From Parcubacteria group bacterium (lineage in GTDB: Bacteria > Patescibacteriota > Minisyncoccia > Moranbacterales > UBA11712): a stretch of DNA of 64,000 nt. The DNA lies in assembly GCA_041659685.1 (NCBI GenBank), contig JBAZXV010000001.1, positions 178,771 through 242,770 on the forward strand, in the 5' to 3' direction. Every line of letters begins with the position of its first letter. Within the stretch, counting starts at the first letter, position 1. Position numbers and translations under genes: made by a program. Shown piece after piece: positions 17,185 to 26,305 of the stretch. The notes below the pieces were generated by a model that worked only from the letters and a program-made list of their open reading frames with translations, did not search any database and was not told the origin of the DNA.

Positions 17185-17708
17185 TATTTTTTTAGCTTAC
17201 TCAATATCATCTCAGCAACTTTTTTGGGTGATAAATTGGTATTGTCTATCTTGATATTTTCGACAAATGGAATTTCTCCCCAGTGATGTTGGTCGCGTTT
17301 TAGAATTTTTATTGTGCTGATCTTTTTGTATTTCTTTCTTTCCGGGCTTTTGACTCGTTTCAGAAGTTCTTCTTGGGAGCAATCAATGTAGAAAAAGAAT
17401 ACTTTTCCGCCGTGCTTTTTGATAATCCTGACAATTTTCTTGATAAAATCGGGAGATTTTTTCGGACGGAAACCATATGTAAAAATCAAGTTCGGCACCT
17501 GGCCGCTTTTGGCGGCCGCTTCGAAAGCGCTCAGCATTATCTTTTTGTTGAGTTGGCTGTATTCGGGAGTTCCCCATTCAAAAAAAGTTTTTGCCAAATC
17601 AACGGAAAGGTGATTGTGGAAAAGCGTGAAGCCCGTCTTCTTCTTCAATTCTTTGGCGATAGTTAATTTTCCGACGGCCGGCTGGCCGTAAATGAAGATT
17701 AAATCCAT
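17184..17708 (-). CDS. P-loop kinase-like protein (AAA_33 / shikimate-kinase-like fold)
   Basis: N-terminal Walker A (IFIYGQPAVGKLTIAKEL) in a 174-aa protein. Confidence 0.6.
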   Translation of the reverse strand: MDLIFIYGQPAVGKLTIAKELKKKTGFTLFHNHLSVDLAKTFFEWGTPEYSQLNKKIMLSAFEAAAKSGQVPNLIFTYGFRPKKSPDFIKKIVRIIKKHGGKVFFFYIDCSQEELLKRVKSPERKKYKKISTIKILKRDQHHWGEIPFVENIKIDNTNLSPKKVAEMILSKLKK

Positions 17709-17711
17709 AAA

Positions 17712-18149
17712 CTATGCTTTGCTTCGTTCTTTGATAAAAGCCCTTATATCTTCCTTCATGCCCGGTTTTTCCATCATTTTCAAAGCTTCTTCCGCCGTGA
17801 CCCAGGCATAGCCCGAATGCTCCTCGGATACTATCACCTCTTCAGAATCAGTTTTGCACCAAAACATAATCCCTACAAGCTCATTTTCGGCGATTTTTTC
17901 GCCTCGAAAAATATGAAAAATAGAAATTGGTTTAACTATTTCCACTTCGAGTCCTGTTTCTTCCATAACTTCCCGCCTCAAACCGTCCTCAGGATCCTCG
18001 AATTGATGCAGGCGTCCGGTGGTGTATTCCCAAATTCCCGGCGAATAATCCTTTTTTCCGCTTCGTTTCAGCAAAAGAATTTTGCCGGTCGTTGAGTTTT
18101 CGACGATGGCGCCTGTCGCGACCAAAAATTTTCCGATTTTGTTTTCCAT
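17712..18149 (-). CDS. NUDIX hydrolase
   Basis: Nudix box GRLHQFEDPEDGLRREVMEETGLE. Confidence 0.8.
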   Translation of the reverse strand: MENKIGKFLVATGAIVENSTTGKILLLKRSGKKDYSPGIWEYTTGRLHQFEDPEDGLRREVMEETGLEVEIVKPISIFHIFRGEKIAENELVGIMFWCKTDSEEVIVSEEHSGYAWVTAEEALKMMEKPGMKEDIRAFIKERSKA

Positions 18150-18295
18150 AAAATCCTTCTATATTGCCAGTTTCCCTAATTTAGGCGCAGTCGAGGACCG
18201 TCCTCAACTGACTTGCTTTTAATTTTAGAGGGCGTTAGAAGATAAATACTGGGGGAGGAATAGCGCCAACGAACCATTCCTCCCATAATCTCCCC

Positions 18296-18523
18296 TTAAG
18301 GATTTCTCTTTTTCATTGCCAGCGCCAGGACTTCTTCCGGACTCATACCGAAGTCCTGTGGTAACGGCTTGCCGCTTTGCGACACGTGGATCTTCTCGTC
18401 GAGTGTCTGGGGAACGAGAATGAGAGTGTATTCCCGTCCGGTCGCTCGCTCAAATGTGGCAAGCGCGTCGTTCAACCTGATTAGAGCCGCGTCACATTCC
18501 GGACCAAGATGAAAAAATCCCAT
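18296..18523 (-). CDS. small hypothetical protein (75 aa), GC-rich patch
   Basis: Strong SD (AAAGGAGGTGA) upstream of the ATG. Local GC is higher than the surroundings, and a downstream hairpin is GGGAGGAAT...ATTCCTCCC. Confidence 0.6.
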   Translation of the reverse strand: MGFFHLGPECDAALIRLNDALATFERATGREYTLILVPQTLDEKIHVSQSGKPLPQDFGMSPEEVLALAMKKRNP

Positions 18524-18570
18524 ACCTCACTCACCTCCTTTGGATTCAGCTTGGGGTTGAAGAGAAAATC

Positions 18571-18804
18571 CTACGCCGCAAGCGCAAGCGGCATTTCCTC
18601 TTTTTCCGCCTTTCCCCTTTTTTCCTCCGGATCTGACGGAAAATCGCAGGCTGGAAACATATGAACCTTAAATACGAGCAACCGGCCCCTCTCCCACACC
18701 TGGACTGAGCCTTGGTAGCAATCGCCGGGTTCGATATATTTGCAGCACATGTCGCACCAGTGCTCGATTTGAGCGATATGCTGGAACGTTCGAAGTATCC
18801 GCAT
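18571..18804 (-). CDS. small Cys-rich hypothetical protein (77 aa), GC-rich patch
   Basis: Strong SD (AAGGGAGGAG) 5 nt before the ATG. Contains HWCDMCC and a distal Cys. Confidence 0.6.
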   Translation of the reverse strand: MRILRTFQHIAQIEHWCDMCCKYIEPGDCYQGSVQVWERGRLLVFKVHMFPACDFPSDPEEKRGKAEKEEMPLALAA

Positions 18805-19306
18805 ATTTTCTCCTCCCTTTGGAAATTCGAATTGTGCAACATTCTTAAATTGTTGATTTAATAGTAATATATCGCGGGCTTAAAGTCGAATTTGGCGTTT
18901 TGACAAAAGCACTTTTTTTTGCGAGTATTAGAATCAAGTGGTCATAGAAAATTTTTGAGGAGGTGATAACTAATTTGCGAAAGACGATCTTAACGCTTGA
19001 AAGGGATTAGCCCGGCGGGCCACACCTAGGGCACTCGAAAAAAGGTGGAGCAGGTTCCCATTCTCCTTCGGGAGGATTAGGCCCCGCGCCGCAAAAGAGC
19101 CACCCAGCTGACTGGAAATCGTTCACTTGATCCATTTGGGCTGGAGAGAGTGAAGACACCACCGGCGACGCCAGTTAGCGAACGGAGGGGAAATGGCAGG
19201 CGCCTAAGGTTTCGCAATTCTCCGAATCATGGCCACCAAGGGAGAGTAATTGCTTTATGCAGCATCAAAGCAATGTCCAATACTCTCCAGTTTTTTATTA
19301 TTACTT

Positions 19307-20374
19307 ATGAAAAGCCAGGTCGAAGAAGTGAAAAAAGAATACAAGAGCCTGAAAAGCGAGCTTGAAAAGCCCGAGATTGTTTCCAATTCCCAAAAAATGA
19401 AGACCGTGGGCAAGAGATTGGCCGAGCTTGAAGAAATTATGACTAAGATAAGAGAATTTGAAGATATTGAAAAACAAATGCGCGAGAACGCCGAAATTGT
19501 GAATACGGAAAAAGATCCTGAATTCAGGAATATGGCCATGGAAGAAAATATCAATCTTTCAAAGAACAAGGAAACGGTTGAAAAAGAGCTTCAGTCCCTC
19601 CTTATCCCCAAAGACCCGAATGATTCCAAAAATATTATCGTGGAGATCAGAGCCGGAGCCGGCGGTGACGAATCCGCTCTTTTCGCAGCCGAGCTTTTCA
19701 GAATGTACAGCCGTTACGCCGAAAAAGAGAAATGGAGGATATCTCTCCTCAATTCCAGCCAAAACGCAATTGGAGGCTTTAAGGAAGTAGTTTTTGGCGT
19801 CGAAGGATCAAGCGTATACGGAAAAATGAAATATGAATCCGGCGTCCATCGGGTGCAAAGAGTCCCGGAAACAGAAAAGATGGGAAGAGTCCATACTTCA
19901 ACAGCCACGGTTGCCGTTCTTCCTGAAGCAGAAGAGGTTGACCTCGAAATCAATCCCAATGACCTTCGAATCGACACTTACTGCTCTTCCGGTCCCGGAG
20001 GGCAAAGCGTAAACACGACTTACAGCGCCGTGAGGATTACCCACATCCCCACCGGGACGGTTGTCACCTGCCAGGACGAAAAATCGCAGATAAAGAACAA
20101 GGAAAAGGCGCTGAAAGTCCTTCGCTCCCGAATTTTGGCCGAGCAAGAAGCCAAAAAAGCGAAAGAAATGGGAGATCAAAGACGCAGTCAGATTGGGACG
20201 GGTGACCGCAGCGAGAAAATCAGGACTTATAATTTCCCTCAGGATCGAATCACGGATCATCGGATTAAAGAAAGCTGGAGCAATATCCAGGGAATATTGG
20301 ACGGAGATTTGGGGAAAATTATCAACAAATTGGAGGAAGAAGATATGAAGAGGAAAATGATCAACAGTCAATGA
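19307..20374 (+). CDS. prfA: peptide chain release factor 1
   Basis: RVQRVPETE (PxT tripeptide), the GGQ motif ([11 protein letters not shown]) and a 355-aa length from [12 protein letters not shown]. The ORF-track start at 19250 is probably too early. Confidence 0.9.
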   Translation: MKSQVEEVKKEYKSLKSELEKPEIVSNSQKMKTVGKRLAELEEIMTKIREFEDIEKQMRENAEIVNTEKDPEFRNMAMEENINLSKNKETVEKELQSLLIPKDPNDSKNIIVEIRAGAGGDESALFAAELFRMYSRYAEKEKWRISLLNSSQNAIGGFKEVVFGVEGSSVYGKMKYESGVHRVQRVPETEKMGRVHTSTATVAVLPEAEEVDLEINPNDLRIDTYCSSGPGGQSVNTTYSAVRITHIPTGTVVTCQDEKSQIKNKEKALKVLRSRILAEQEAKKAKEMGDQRRSQIGTGDRSEKIRTYNFPQDRITDHRIKESWSNIQGILDGDLGKIINKLEEEDMKRKMINSQ

Positions 20375-21264
20375 AAGCCATCGACATAACCATCAAAGAT
20401 CTCCTGCAAAATACTGCTTTAGCAAAAAATTTAGCTCCTTTAGATCGGGAGCTTCTTTTATCCTTGGTTCTGGGAAAGGATCGGGAGTATGTTTTGGCTC
20501 ATCCGGAAAAAAAGCTGACTGCCGCCCAAACGGCAAAGTTTATTCAATTCGCAAAAAGACGGCTCAAGGGCGAGCCTGTGGCTTATATTTGCGGCAAAAA
20601 GGAGTTCTACGGATTGGAGTTCGATGTTAACAAAAATACATTAATCCCCCGTCCCGAAACCGAACTGCTAGTTGAAGCTTCGCTTCAAAGAATTATGAAT
20701 TATGAATTAGGAATTAGGAATATTATTGATGTTGGCACGGGTTCGGGCAATATTATAATTTCCATAGTTAAAAATATTCCAGCTAACATTAGAAAGAAAT
20801 TAAATTTCTACGCGTCTGACATTTCGGGAAAAGCCTTAAGAGTTGCTCAAAAAAACGCGCTAAAGCATAAAGTCAATCGATCTGTTAAATTCATAAAATC
20901 GGACCTCTTGAAATTCGCCCTAAAGAAAAAAATGAAGGGGAATGTCATAATTCTTGCCAACCTGCCTTATGTTTCTTCCAAGTTGTATAAGAAAAATAAA
21001 AAGAATCTTCAATTCGAGCCAAAAGAGGCTTTAATAAGCGCAAATAATGGCCTCGCCCATTACACTAGACTCCTCGAGCAGATAAAAATATTATCCGATT
21101 TGCGTCATGCGTTATGCGTTACGTGCTGCTTTGAGATAAGTCCCGAACAAAGGATTCCGGCAAAAAGGTTTTTATTGAAATATTTCCGAGGGGCAGAGGT
21201 TGTTTTTCATAAAGATTTGGCCGGAAAATTCAGAATTCTCGAAATCAATATTGAAACGAGATAA
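20371..21264 (+). CDS. prmC: release-factor glutamine N5-methyltransferase (HemK/PrmC)
   Basis: Overlaps the prfA stop by 4 nt. It has a SAM-binding DVGTGSGNI motif and NLPY in place of NPPY. Confidence 0.85.
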   Translation: MKAIDITIKDLLQNTALAKNLAPLDRELLLSLVLGKDREYVLAHPEKKLTAAQTAKFIQFAKRRLKGEPVAYICGKKEFYGLEFDVNKNTLIPRPETELLVEASLQRIMNYELGIRNIIDVGTGSGNIIISIVKNIPANIRKKLNFYASDISGKALRVAQKNALKHKVNRSVKFIKSDLLKFALKKKMKGNVIILANLPYVSSKLYKKNKKNLQFEPKEALISANNGLAHYTRLLEQIKILSDLRHALCVTCCFEISPEQRIPAKRFLLKYFRGAEVVFHKDLAGKFRILEINIETR

Positions 21265-21285
21265 GTTCCCTTCTTTCCACTTAAA

Positions 21286-21315
21286 TTGACATTTTTTTCC
21301 TATTCCTGCTATATT
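21286..21315 (+). promoter_or_regulatory. candidate promoter for 21392 gene
   Basis: TTGACA (21286-21291), an 18-nt spacer, then TGc-TATATT (21310-21315). Confidence 0.35.
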
Positions 21316-21391
21316 TTATAGTACAAAAGGCATAATTCCGGAGGGCTCGAACATTAATAATTCAAACTAATCTAGAAAGGAAGGTGTACAC

Positions 21392-22057
21392 GTGGAAAAT
21401 AATTCTGAAAATTCGGAGAAAAAAGACGAGTCTTCTTCGAATGAAGGGAGGGAAAAAATGAAAGTCTGGCTCCAGGAGAATCTCCGCATGCTAGTCAGCA
21501 TTGTTATTGTGGTTGTTATAGCAGGCGGAATATACGCATATTCCAAGCGCACTCAGGCCCCGATGAACAATAACGAACCCGCTGTCAGCGAGGAATCCGG
21601 CGAAGGTAAAATAAGCGTTATTGGCGGCGACACAGCCAACGAAGAAAACAATGAAGCGGCTAATAACGAAGAACAAACCGCTCCTCAAGCCGAAGAAATG
21701 CAAAAACCGGCTGAAACAACGCAACAAAATGAAGCTGTAACAGCACCGGCAAGCCAGGAAACCGGATCTTCGTTTGTGGAAACGGCGGCTCCGGGCGACG
21801 GAACGACAAAATTAGCCCGAAGAGCGCTGGCAAATTATCTTGAGAAAAATCCCGATACCAGTTTAACAGCCGAGCACAAGATATACATCGAAGATTACCT
21901 AAGACGCCAGGTGCCAAACGGAAAACTAGCAATCGGAGCAACCAGAGAATTCAGCAAAGGCATGATTGCCAACGCGATTGAAAAATCAAAGAACTTGAAC
22001 GAGAAGCAGCTCCAAAACCTGCAAAAATACGCAAATGCTGTGCCTGGATTGAATTGA
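21392..22057 (+). CDS. hypothetical membrane-anchored protein (GTG start in track)
   Basis: Acidic N-terminus, one TM helix (LVSIVIVVVIAGGIYAY), a low-complexity Glu/Asn/Ala region and a conserved-looking C-terminal domain. Confidence 0.5.
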   Translation: MENNSENSEKKDESSSNEGREKMKVWLQENLRMLVSIVIVVVIAGGIYAYSKRTQAPMNNNEPAVSEESGEGKISVIGGDTANEENNEAANNEEQTAPQAEEMQKPAETTQQNEAVTAPASQETGSSFVETAAPGDGTTKLARRALANYLEKNPDTSLTAEHKIYIEDYLRRQVPNGKLAIGATREFSKGMIANAIEKSKNLNEKQLQNLQKYANAVPGLN

Positions 22058-22132
22058 TTAAATCCAAAACATCTTAAATAAAAATTGTTCCTTCTTATAA
22101 AACCGATCTTGATTAGTCTTTAAAGATCAGCT

Positions 22133-22158
22133 AAAAAACCGGCAAGGCCCGGTTTTTT
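22133..22158 (+). terminator. terminator after 21392 gene
   Basis: AAAAAACCGG-caaggc-CCGGTTTTTT. Confidence 0.5.
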
Positions 22159-22227
22159 AGTTTTTATTCCTCTTATGGTACCGGGGCAATCCTGTACAAA
22201 AGCGTCTATTTGATTTAATATGCTTCT

Positions 22228-23691
22228 ATGAAAAAGATTCACCGCCGCCTCATTTTTTGGCTTTTTTTCGTGTTATTTGCCGTTTCCACGCCGATAGCTG
22301 TGCTTTACTCTCAGGGATATCGTTTTGATCAGTATCGCCAAATTTTCATCCACAGCGGGTCAATCACCGTCAAATCAATACCCGCCTCAGCCAATGTATA
22401 TTTGAACGGAAAATTGCAAACCGGGAGCAGTCTCGATATTATCAATAATTCCTTCACCCTAAACGGCCTGCGTCCGGGAAGTTATTCACTGCAGGTAAGC
22501 GCCGATGGTTACCAGGAATGGGTAAAGCAAGTCGAAGTCCATAGCGGCATATCCAGCGAGTTTTGGAATGTTTTTTTAGCTCCCCAAAAGCTGTCTCCCA
22601 ATGAATTGTCAGCGACAAAGGTGGAACGTTTTTTCCCCTCTCCTTTTGGAAAATATGTCGCTTTTGTGAATAATGATCAGAACAAGTTTCACCTCTGGTC
22701 TTATGATGTCGAAAACAACGAATCGACAGCGATATACGAGGGTGACGAACTTGAATTTTCAAAAAATAAGTCTGAAAACCTGGAATGGAATTTTAAAGAA
22801 AGATTGTTATTGAGCCCGGTTTCAAGGAATGACCGGAAGGATTATCTTATTTCCGACCTGGAAAAGGAATATGACAGTTTTTTTCTCTCAAATTCAACCG
22901 AGCTCCGAAATTTTAGCAGTGCGCGCTGGAGTTCGGAAAATCAATGGACGCTATATTTTCTGGCAAGGAAATCAGATGAAGATCGGCAGAATTTATACAG
23001 TTACGATGTTTCAACCAAAGAACTGAGAGAGATAACGGAAGATGTGTTGGCGTTTGATTTTTCGGGAAGCAGTATATATGCCATACGGAGCAACAATGTT
23101 ATATATAAATTCAATATTGACGGAAAAGAAATAAATCAGGTCACAGTCAGTCCGATCTCCGACGAGGAGCTGGGAAACTCTTCAAGACTTATAATTTATG
23201 ACGAAGACAGGCAGGCGGTGATATCCGAGACAGGAGGGCTGTTTGTGCGCAATAATGAAACTGAGGATACCATCCGTAAAATAGCCGATAATGTGAACGA
23301 AATCCAATTTTCGGATGATGGGAAAAAAATGCTCTTTTGGAACAAAAATGAGGTCAGCGTTCTTTTCTTGAGGGATTGGGATGTTCAGCCGCAGCGAAAA
23401 GAAAATGAAATCCAGGAAATAATGAGATCCTCGTCTTCCCTTGACAATGTATTTTGGTTTCAGGATTATGAACATATTCTGTTCACATATCAGAATAAAA
23501 TTAAGATAATCGAACTTGACCCCAGAGATCATCGGGTTTCAATGAATCTCTTTGAGAATAATCTTGATTCTTTTCCCGCCGCCTATGATTCAAGGAATAA
23601 TAATTATTATTATATCGGCGATGGAAATGTGCCAGGAACTCTTTATCAAATACAGCTCCTTCCAAGACCCGGCCTATTTGGGCAACAATAA
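22228..23691 (+). CDS. PEGA domain protein with beta-propeller-like C-terminal region
   Basis: N-terminal TM helix and a PEGA-like segment (GSITVKSIPASANVYLNGK ... PGSYSLQVSADGYQEWVKQVEV). Repeated PD40/TolB-like strands follow. Confidence 0.6.
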   Translation: MKKIHRRLIFWLFFVLFAVSTPIAVLYSQGYRFDQYRQIFIHSGSITVKSIPASANVYLNGKLQTGSSLDIINNSFTLNGLRPGSYSLQVSADGYQEWVKQVEVHSGISSEFWNVFLAPQKLSPNELSATKVERFFPSPFGKYVAFVNNDQNKFHLWSYDVENNESTAIYEGDELEFSKNKSENLEWNFKERLLLSPVSRNDRKDYLISDLEKEYDSFFLSNSTELRNFSSARWSSENQWTLYFLARKSDEDRQNLYSYDVSTKELREITEDVLAFDFSGSSIYAIRSNNVIYKFNIDGKEINQVTVSPISDEELGNSSRLIIYDEDRQAVISETGGLFVRNNETEDTIRKIADNVNEIQFSDDGKKMLFWNKNEVSVLFLRDWDVQPQRKENEIQEIMRSSSSLDNVFWFQDYEHILFTYQNKIKIIELDPRDHRVSMNLFENNLDSFPAAYDSRNNNYYYIGDGNVPGTLYQIQLLPRPGLFGQQ

Positions 23692-23746
23692 ATCAAAATG
23701 ACTCTGGGCGAATCGTGCAATAAGCGCTTTTGATTCATTCAGAAAC

Positions 23747-23776
23747 AAAAAAGGCCCGTCTTTCACGGGCGTTTTT
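23747..23776. terminator. bidirectional rho-independent terminator
   Basis: An A-run, GCCCGT-CTTTC-ACGGGC, then a T-run, between convergent transcription units. Confidence 0.7.
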
Positions 23777-23822
23777 ATATATAGTCAAATGGCAAGAGCA
23801 AGAGCTATTATTTCTTCCATTG

Positions 23823-23911
23823 AGGGATCGCTCCGCCAAACGGCGACGCTCCTTGAAACCTTGCGGTTTCAATTCTTCCACCACGGGAAAACTCACGTTT
23901 CCCCGACCCCT
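23823..23911 (-). ncRNA. candidate structured RNA / miniature element, copy 2 (between rpsI stop and terminator)
   Basis: On the minus strand: AGGGGT ... GGGGAAAC-GTGA-GTTTTCCC ... TTGAAACC-GCAA-GGTTTCAA ... ATCCCT. The helices match copy 1 and both loops are GNRA here. Confidence 0.45.
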
Positions 23912-23933
23912 TTCCGCCCTTAATGTCAGGAAG

Positions 23934-24371
23934 CTATCGCTTTTTCCATTGAGGGGCGCGTCTGGCTTTTTTAAGGCCTGACTTCTTTCTCTCAACCACT
24001 CTTGCGTCTCTTGTTAAATATCCAAGATCTCTCAGGGGTTTTCGCAGCGATTCATTAAAAATGACTAACGCTCTTGCTACTCCAAGCCTGATTGCCTCCG
24101 CCTGCCCCCTTATTCCGCCTCCTCGAACAATAACGGAAGCATCGAACGAAGCTGTTTCCTGGACACTTATCAAAGGAGCAATGGCCGTATCGCGCAGTTC
24201 TACGGGACCAAAAAAATCATTCAGTTTGCGGCCGTTAACGATAAATCCTTCGTGAGAAGATTTCTTTTCATCCAAAGCAAAAAGCCTCACCTGGGCCACA
24301 GCAGATTTCCGTCGTCCGATACCCTTATAATACTTCGTCGGTTTCTTCTTTTCTTCTTTTTTTTCCGGCAT
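23934..24371 (-). CDS. rpsI: 30S ribosomal protein S9
   Basis: GIGRRKSAVAQVRL, GGGIRGQAEAIRLGVARAL and a C-terminal KKARRAPQWKKR. Confidence 0.95.
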   Translation of the reverse strand: MPEKKEEKKKPTKYYKGIGRRKSAVAQVRLFALDEKKSSHEGFIVNGRKLNDFFGPVELRDTAIAPLISVQETASFDASVIVRGGGIRGQAEAIRLGVARALVIFNESLRKPLRDLGYLTRDARVVERKKSGLKKARRAPQWKKR

Positions 24372-24393
24372 ATGGAATATTTTCGAGTAATGG

Positions 24394-24810
24394 CTAATTA
24401 GTTATCTTTTCTAACTTCTCTTTTATTCCGTGTTCCTTGTCCTTAAAAACCAAGAGTCTTTTCATCATCCGGTTTCTTAATTTATTTTTGGGAAGCATCC
24501 CGTACACTGATTCGACAACCACCTGGCGCGAATCTCTTTCCATTTTATCTTTTAACTTGCGCGATGTAATTCCTCCCGGGTAACCCGAAAAAGTGTGGTA
24601 CATTTTTTTATCCTTCTTTCCGCCGGTAGTCCTGATTTTATCAGTGTTCACCACTACCGTGAAATCGCCCCCGTCCTTGTTGGGAAGATAATCCTTTTTA
24701 TGCTTTCCCTGCAGGATAAAAGCGGCTCGCGCTGACATTCTTCCAAGAATAAAATCATCGCAGTCAAAAAGAAAATATTTCCTTGAATCCTTCGGCTGTT
24801 TGCTGTTCAT
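24394..24810 (-). CDS. rplM: 50S ribosomal protein L13
   Basis: LGRMSARAAFILQGKHK and YHTFSGYPGG motifs, in the canonical rplM-rpsI pair. Confidence 0.95.
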   Translation of the reverse strand: MNSKQPKDSRKYFLFDCDDFILGRMSARAAFILQGKHKKDYLPNKDGGDFTVVVNTDKIRTTGGKKDKKMYHTFSGYPGGITSRKLKDKMERDSRQVVVESVYGMLPKNKLRNRMMKRLLVFKDKEHGIKEKLEKITN

Positions 24811-24837
24811 AATATGTTCCCTCTTTATATATGCAAA

Positions 24838-25215
24838 TTATTCACTTAGCATTTCCAGGATTGCCATTTTTGCGCTGTCTGAGCGCCTGGCTCCCTTTTT
24901 GATTACTCTTGAAAATCCACTTTCTCTCTTGGAAAATCTTCCGGCAATGCTCTTTATTTGCTCCATTCCTACATTTTTAGGAAGCTGAGCAGTCAGGTAT
25001 CTCACAACGGCCAATTTACTGCCTTTTTCGTCAGTCGCGACCACCTGCTTGAATCTTGAAATAATCCGATCACTGATTCTTTTCAGCTCTTTGGCCTTAG
25101 CTTCAGTCGTGGTAATTCTTCCTTTCGTTATAAAGCTGCCAAGCATGGTTTTGAGCATCGCTTCCCGCTGATCCTTTTTCCGGCTAAATTTTCTGATTTT
25201 CTTTAAATGCTTCAT
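24838..25215 (-). CDS. rplQ: 50S ribosomal protein L17
   Basis: MKHLKKIRKFSRKKDQREAML ... TTTEAKAKELKR ... GFSRVIKKGARRSD, downstream of rpoA. Confidence 0.9.
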   Translation of the reverse strand: MKHLKKIRKFSRKKDQREAMLKTMLGSFITKGRITTTEAKAKELKRISDRIISRFKQVVATDEKGSKLAVVRYLTAQLPKNVGMEQIKSIAGRFSKRESGFSRVIKKGARRSDSAKMAILEMLSE

Positions 25216-25244
25216 TTTATTAGCAATTTCTCTAATGAATCAAA

Positions 25245-26231
25245 TTACGATTTCAGCGTCAGACCGAAATTTCCAACCGCTTTCTTTATTTCTTTTATGC
25301 CTTTATTTCCCATTCCTTCCATATTCATCAGTTCTTCCTCGCTGAATTTGATCAGGTCGGCAATCGTCTTTATGTTATTCTTTTCAATAATATTTGCAGT
25401 GCGTGTTGAAAAGGCAATCGTTTCCACGCTTCGATTCAGCGCTTCTTCATCCTGGTTCTTTTCAGTCCCTGCTTCAATTTTATCCGCGCCTTCTTTCTCG
25501 TCCGATTTTAACTCTTTTTCTTCATCGCTTTCCTCTATTTTTCCTTCGTCAAACGAACCGATGGCATCAAACTGCTCAATAACAATTTTCACGGATTTTT
25601 CAAAGGCTTCCTCCGGTGACATTGTGCCGTCCGTTTCGACTTCAAGGGTAATCTTGTCATAGTCAGTTCTCTTCCCGACACGGGTATTTTCAACGTTATA
25701 GTTAACTCTCTTTATCGGTGTATAAATAGCGTCGATAGCGATTAATCCTATCTCCTTTTTCTCCCTGTCCTGCTGTTCCACCGGAACATAACCCAGCCCC
25801 TTTTGAACTTCGATTTCCATTTCAAGCTCCCCTTTCTTATCCGTAATGGTGGCAATCGGCGCTTCTTTGTTTATCACTTCAACATCGGCCGGGCATTGTA
25901 TTTGCGCCGCCGTAATTTTCTTTTCGCCCTTTTCTTTTAAAGTCAGCCTTACGGGTTCATCCTTATGCACCTTGAAACGAACCTTTTTGAGATTCAAGAT
26001 TATTTGAATAACATCTTCCAGCACTCCCGGAAGAGTTGAAAATTCGTGAGATACGCCGGTGATTTTCACTGAGGTAATGGCCGCTCCGGGAAGCGAAGAA
26101 AGAAGCACTCTCCTGATTGCATTTCCAAGCGTTGTTCCATACCCTGGATAACATCCGTCTATTTCAATTTTTGCGGTATTTTTTCCCGTTTCGACGCATT
26201 TCGGTTTTTTGGGGACAGATACTTTTACCAT
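25245..26231 (-). CDS. rpoA: DNA-directed RNA polymerase alpha subunit
   Basis: GYGTTLGNAIRRVLLSSLPGAAI N-terminal domain and a C-terminal HhH domain (IAFSTRTANIIEKNNIKTIADL), joined by an acidic linker insert. Start taken at MVKVSVP (26231) after a GAGGG SD. Confidence 0.9.
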   Translation of the reverse strand: MVKVSVPKKPKCVETGKNTAKIEIDGCYPGYGTTLGNAIRRVLLSSLPGAAITSVKITGVSHEFSTLPGVLEDVIQIILNLKKVRFKVHKDEPVRLTLKEKGEKKITAAQIQCPADVEVINKEAPIATITDKKGELEMEIEVQKGLGYVPVEQQDREKKEIGLIAIDAIYTPIKRVNYNVENTRVGKRTDYDKITLEVETDGTMSPEEAFEKSVKIVIEQFDAIGSFDEGKIEESDEEKELKSDEKEGADKIEAGTEKNQDEEALNRSVETIAFSTRTANIIEKNNIKTIADLIKFSEEELMNMEGMGNKGIKEIKKAVGNFGLTLKS

Positions 26232-26305
26232 TTTTTTGCCGCCCTCTCTCAGTTTCAGAAAACTGAGCAAGGATTTAATTGTTTAATTGCTTATAAAAAC
26301 ATTAT

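Noticed and set aside
18546-18842. 98-aa alternative-frame ORF overlapping 18571-18804.
   Set aside because: The 77-aa frame has a strong SD at optimal spacing, whereas the 98-aa frame is Arg/Cys-rich and has no SD.
18960-19300. GC-rich non-coding tract considered as RNase P RNA, tmRNA, SRP RNA, a cobalamin riboswitch or a T-box.
   Set aside because: Several signatures are missing: GAGGAAAGTCCGGGC / ACAGAANCCGGCTTA (RNase P), a tRNA-like GGGG...TTCGA..CCACCA end or tag ORF (tmRNA), GGAAGCAGCC-type helix 8 (SRP), a B12 box and a T-box motif. It is left as unassigned.
11380-23911. A diversity-generating retroelement (template/variable repeat pair) as an explanation for the duplicated ~88-nt element.
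   Set aside because: No reverse transcriptase is present, the differences are not adenine-specific, and neither copy lies in the 3' end of a coding gene.
23730-23995. ORFs 23730-23981 (+) and 23735-23995 (-).
   Set aside because: They lie over the terminator and structured-element region, lack SD sequences, and one overlaps the rpsI 3' end.
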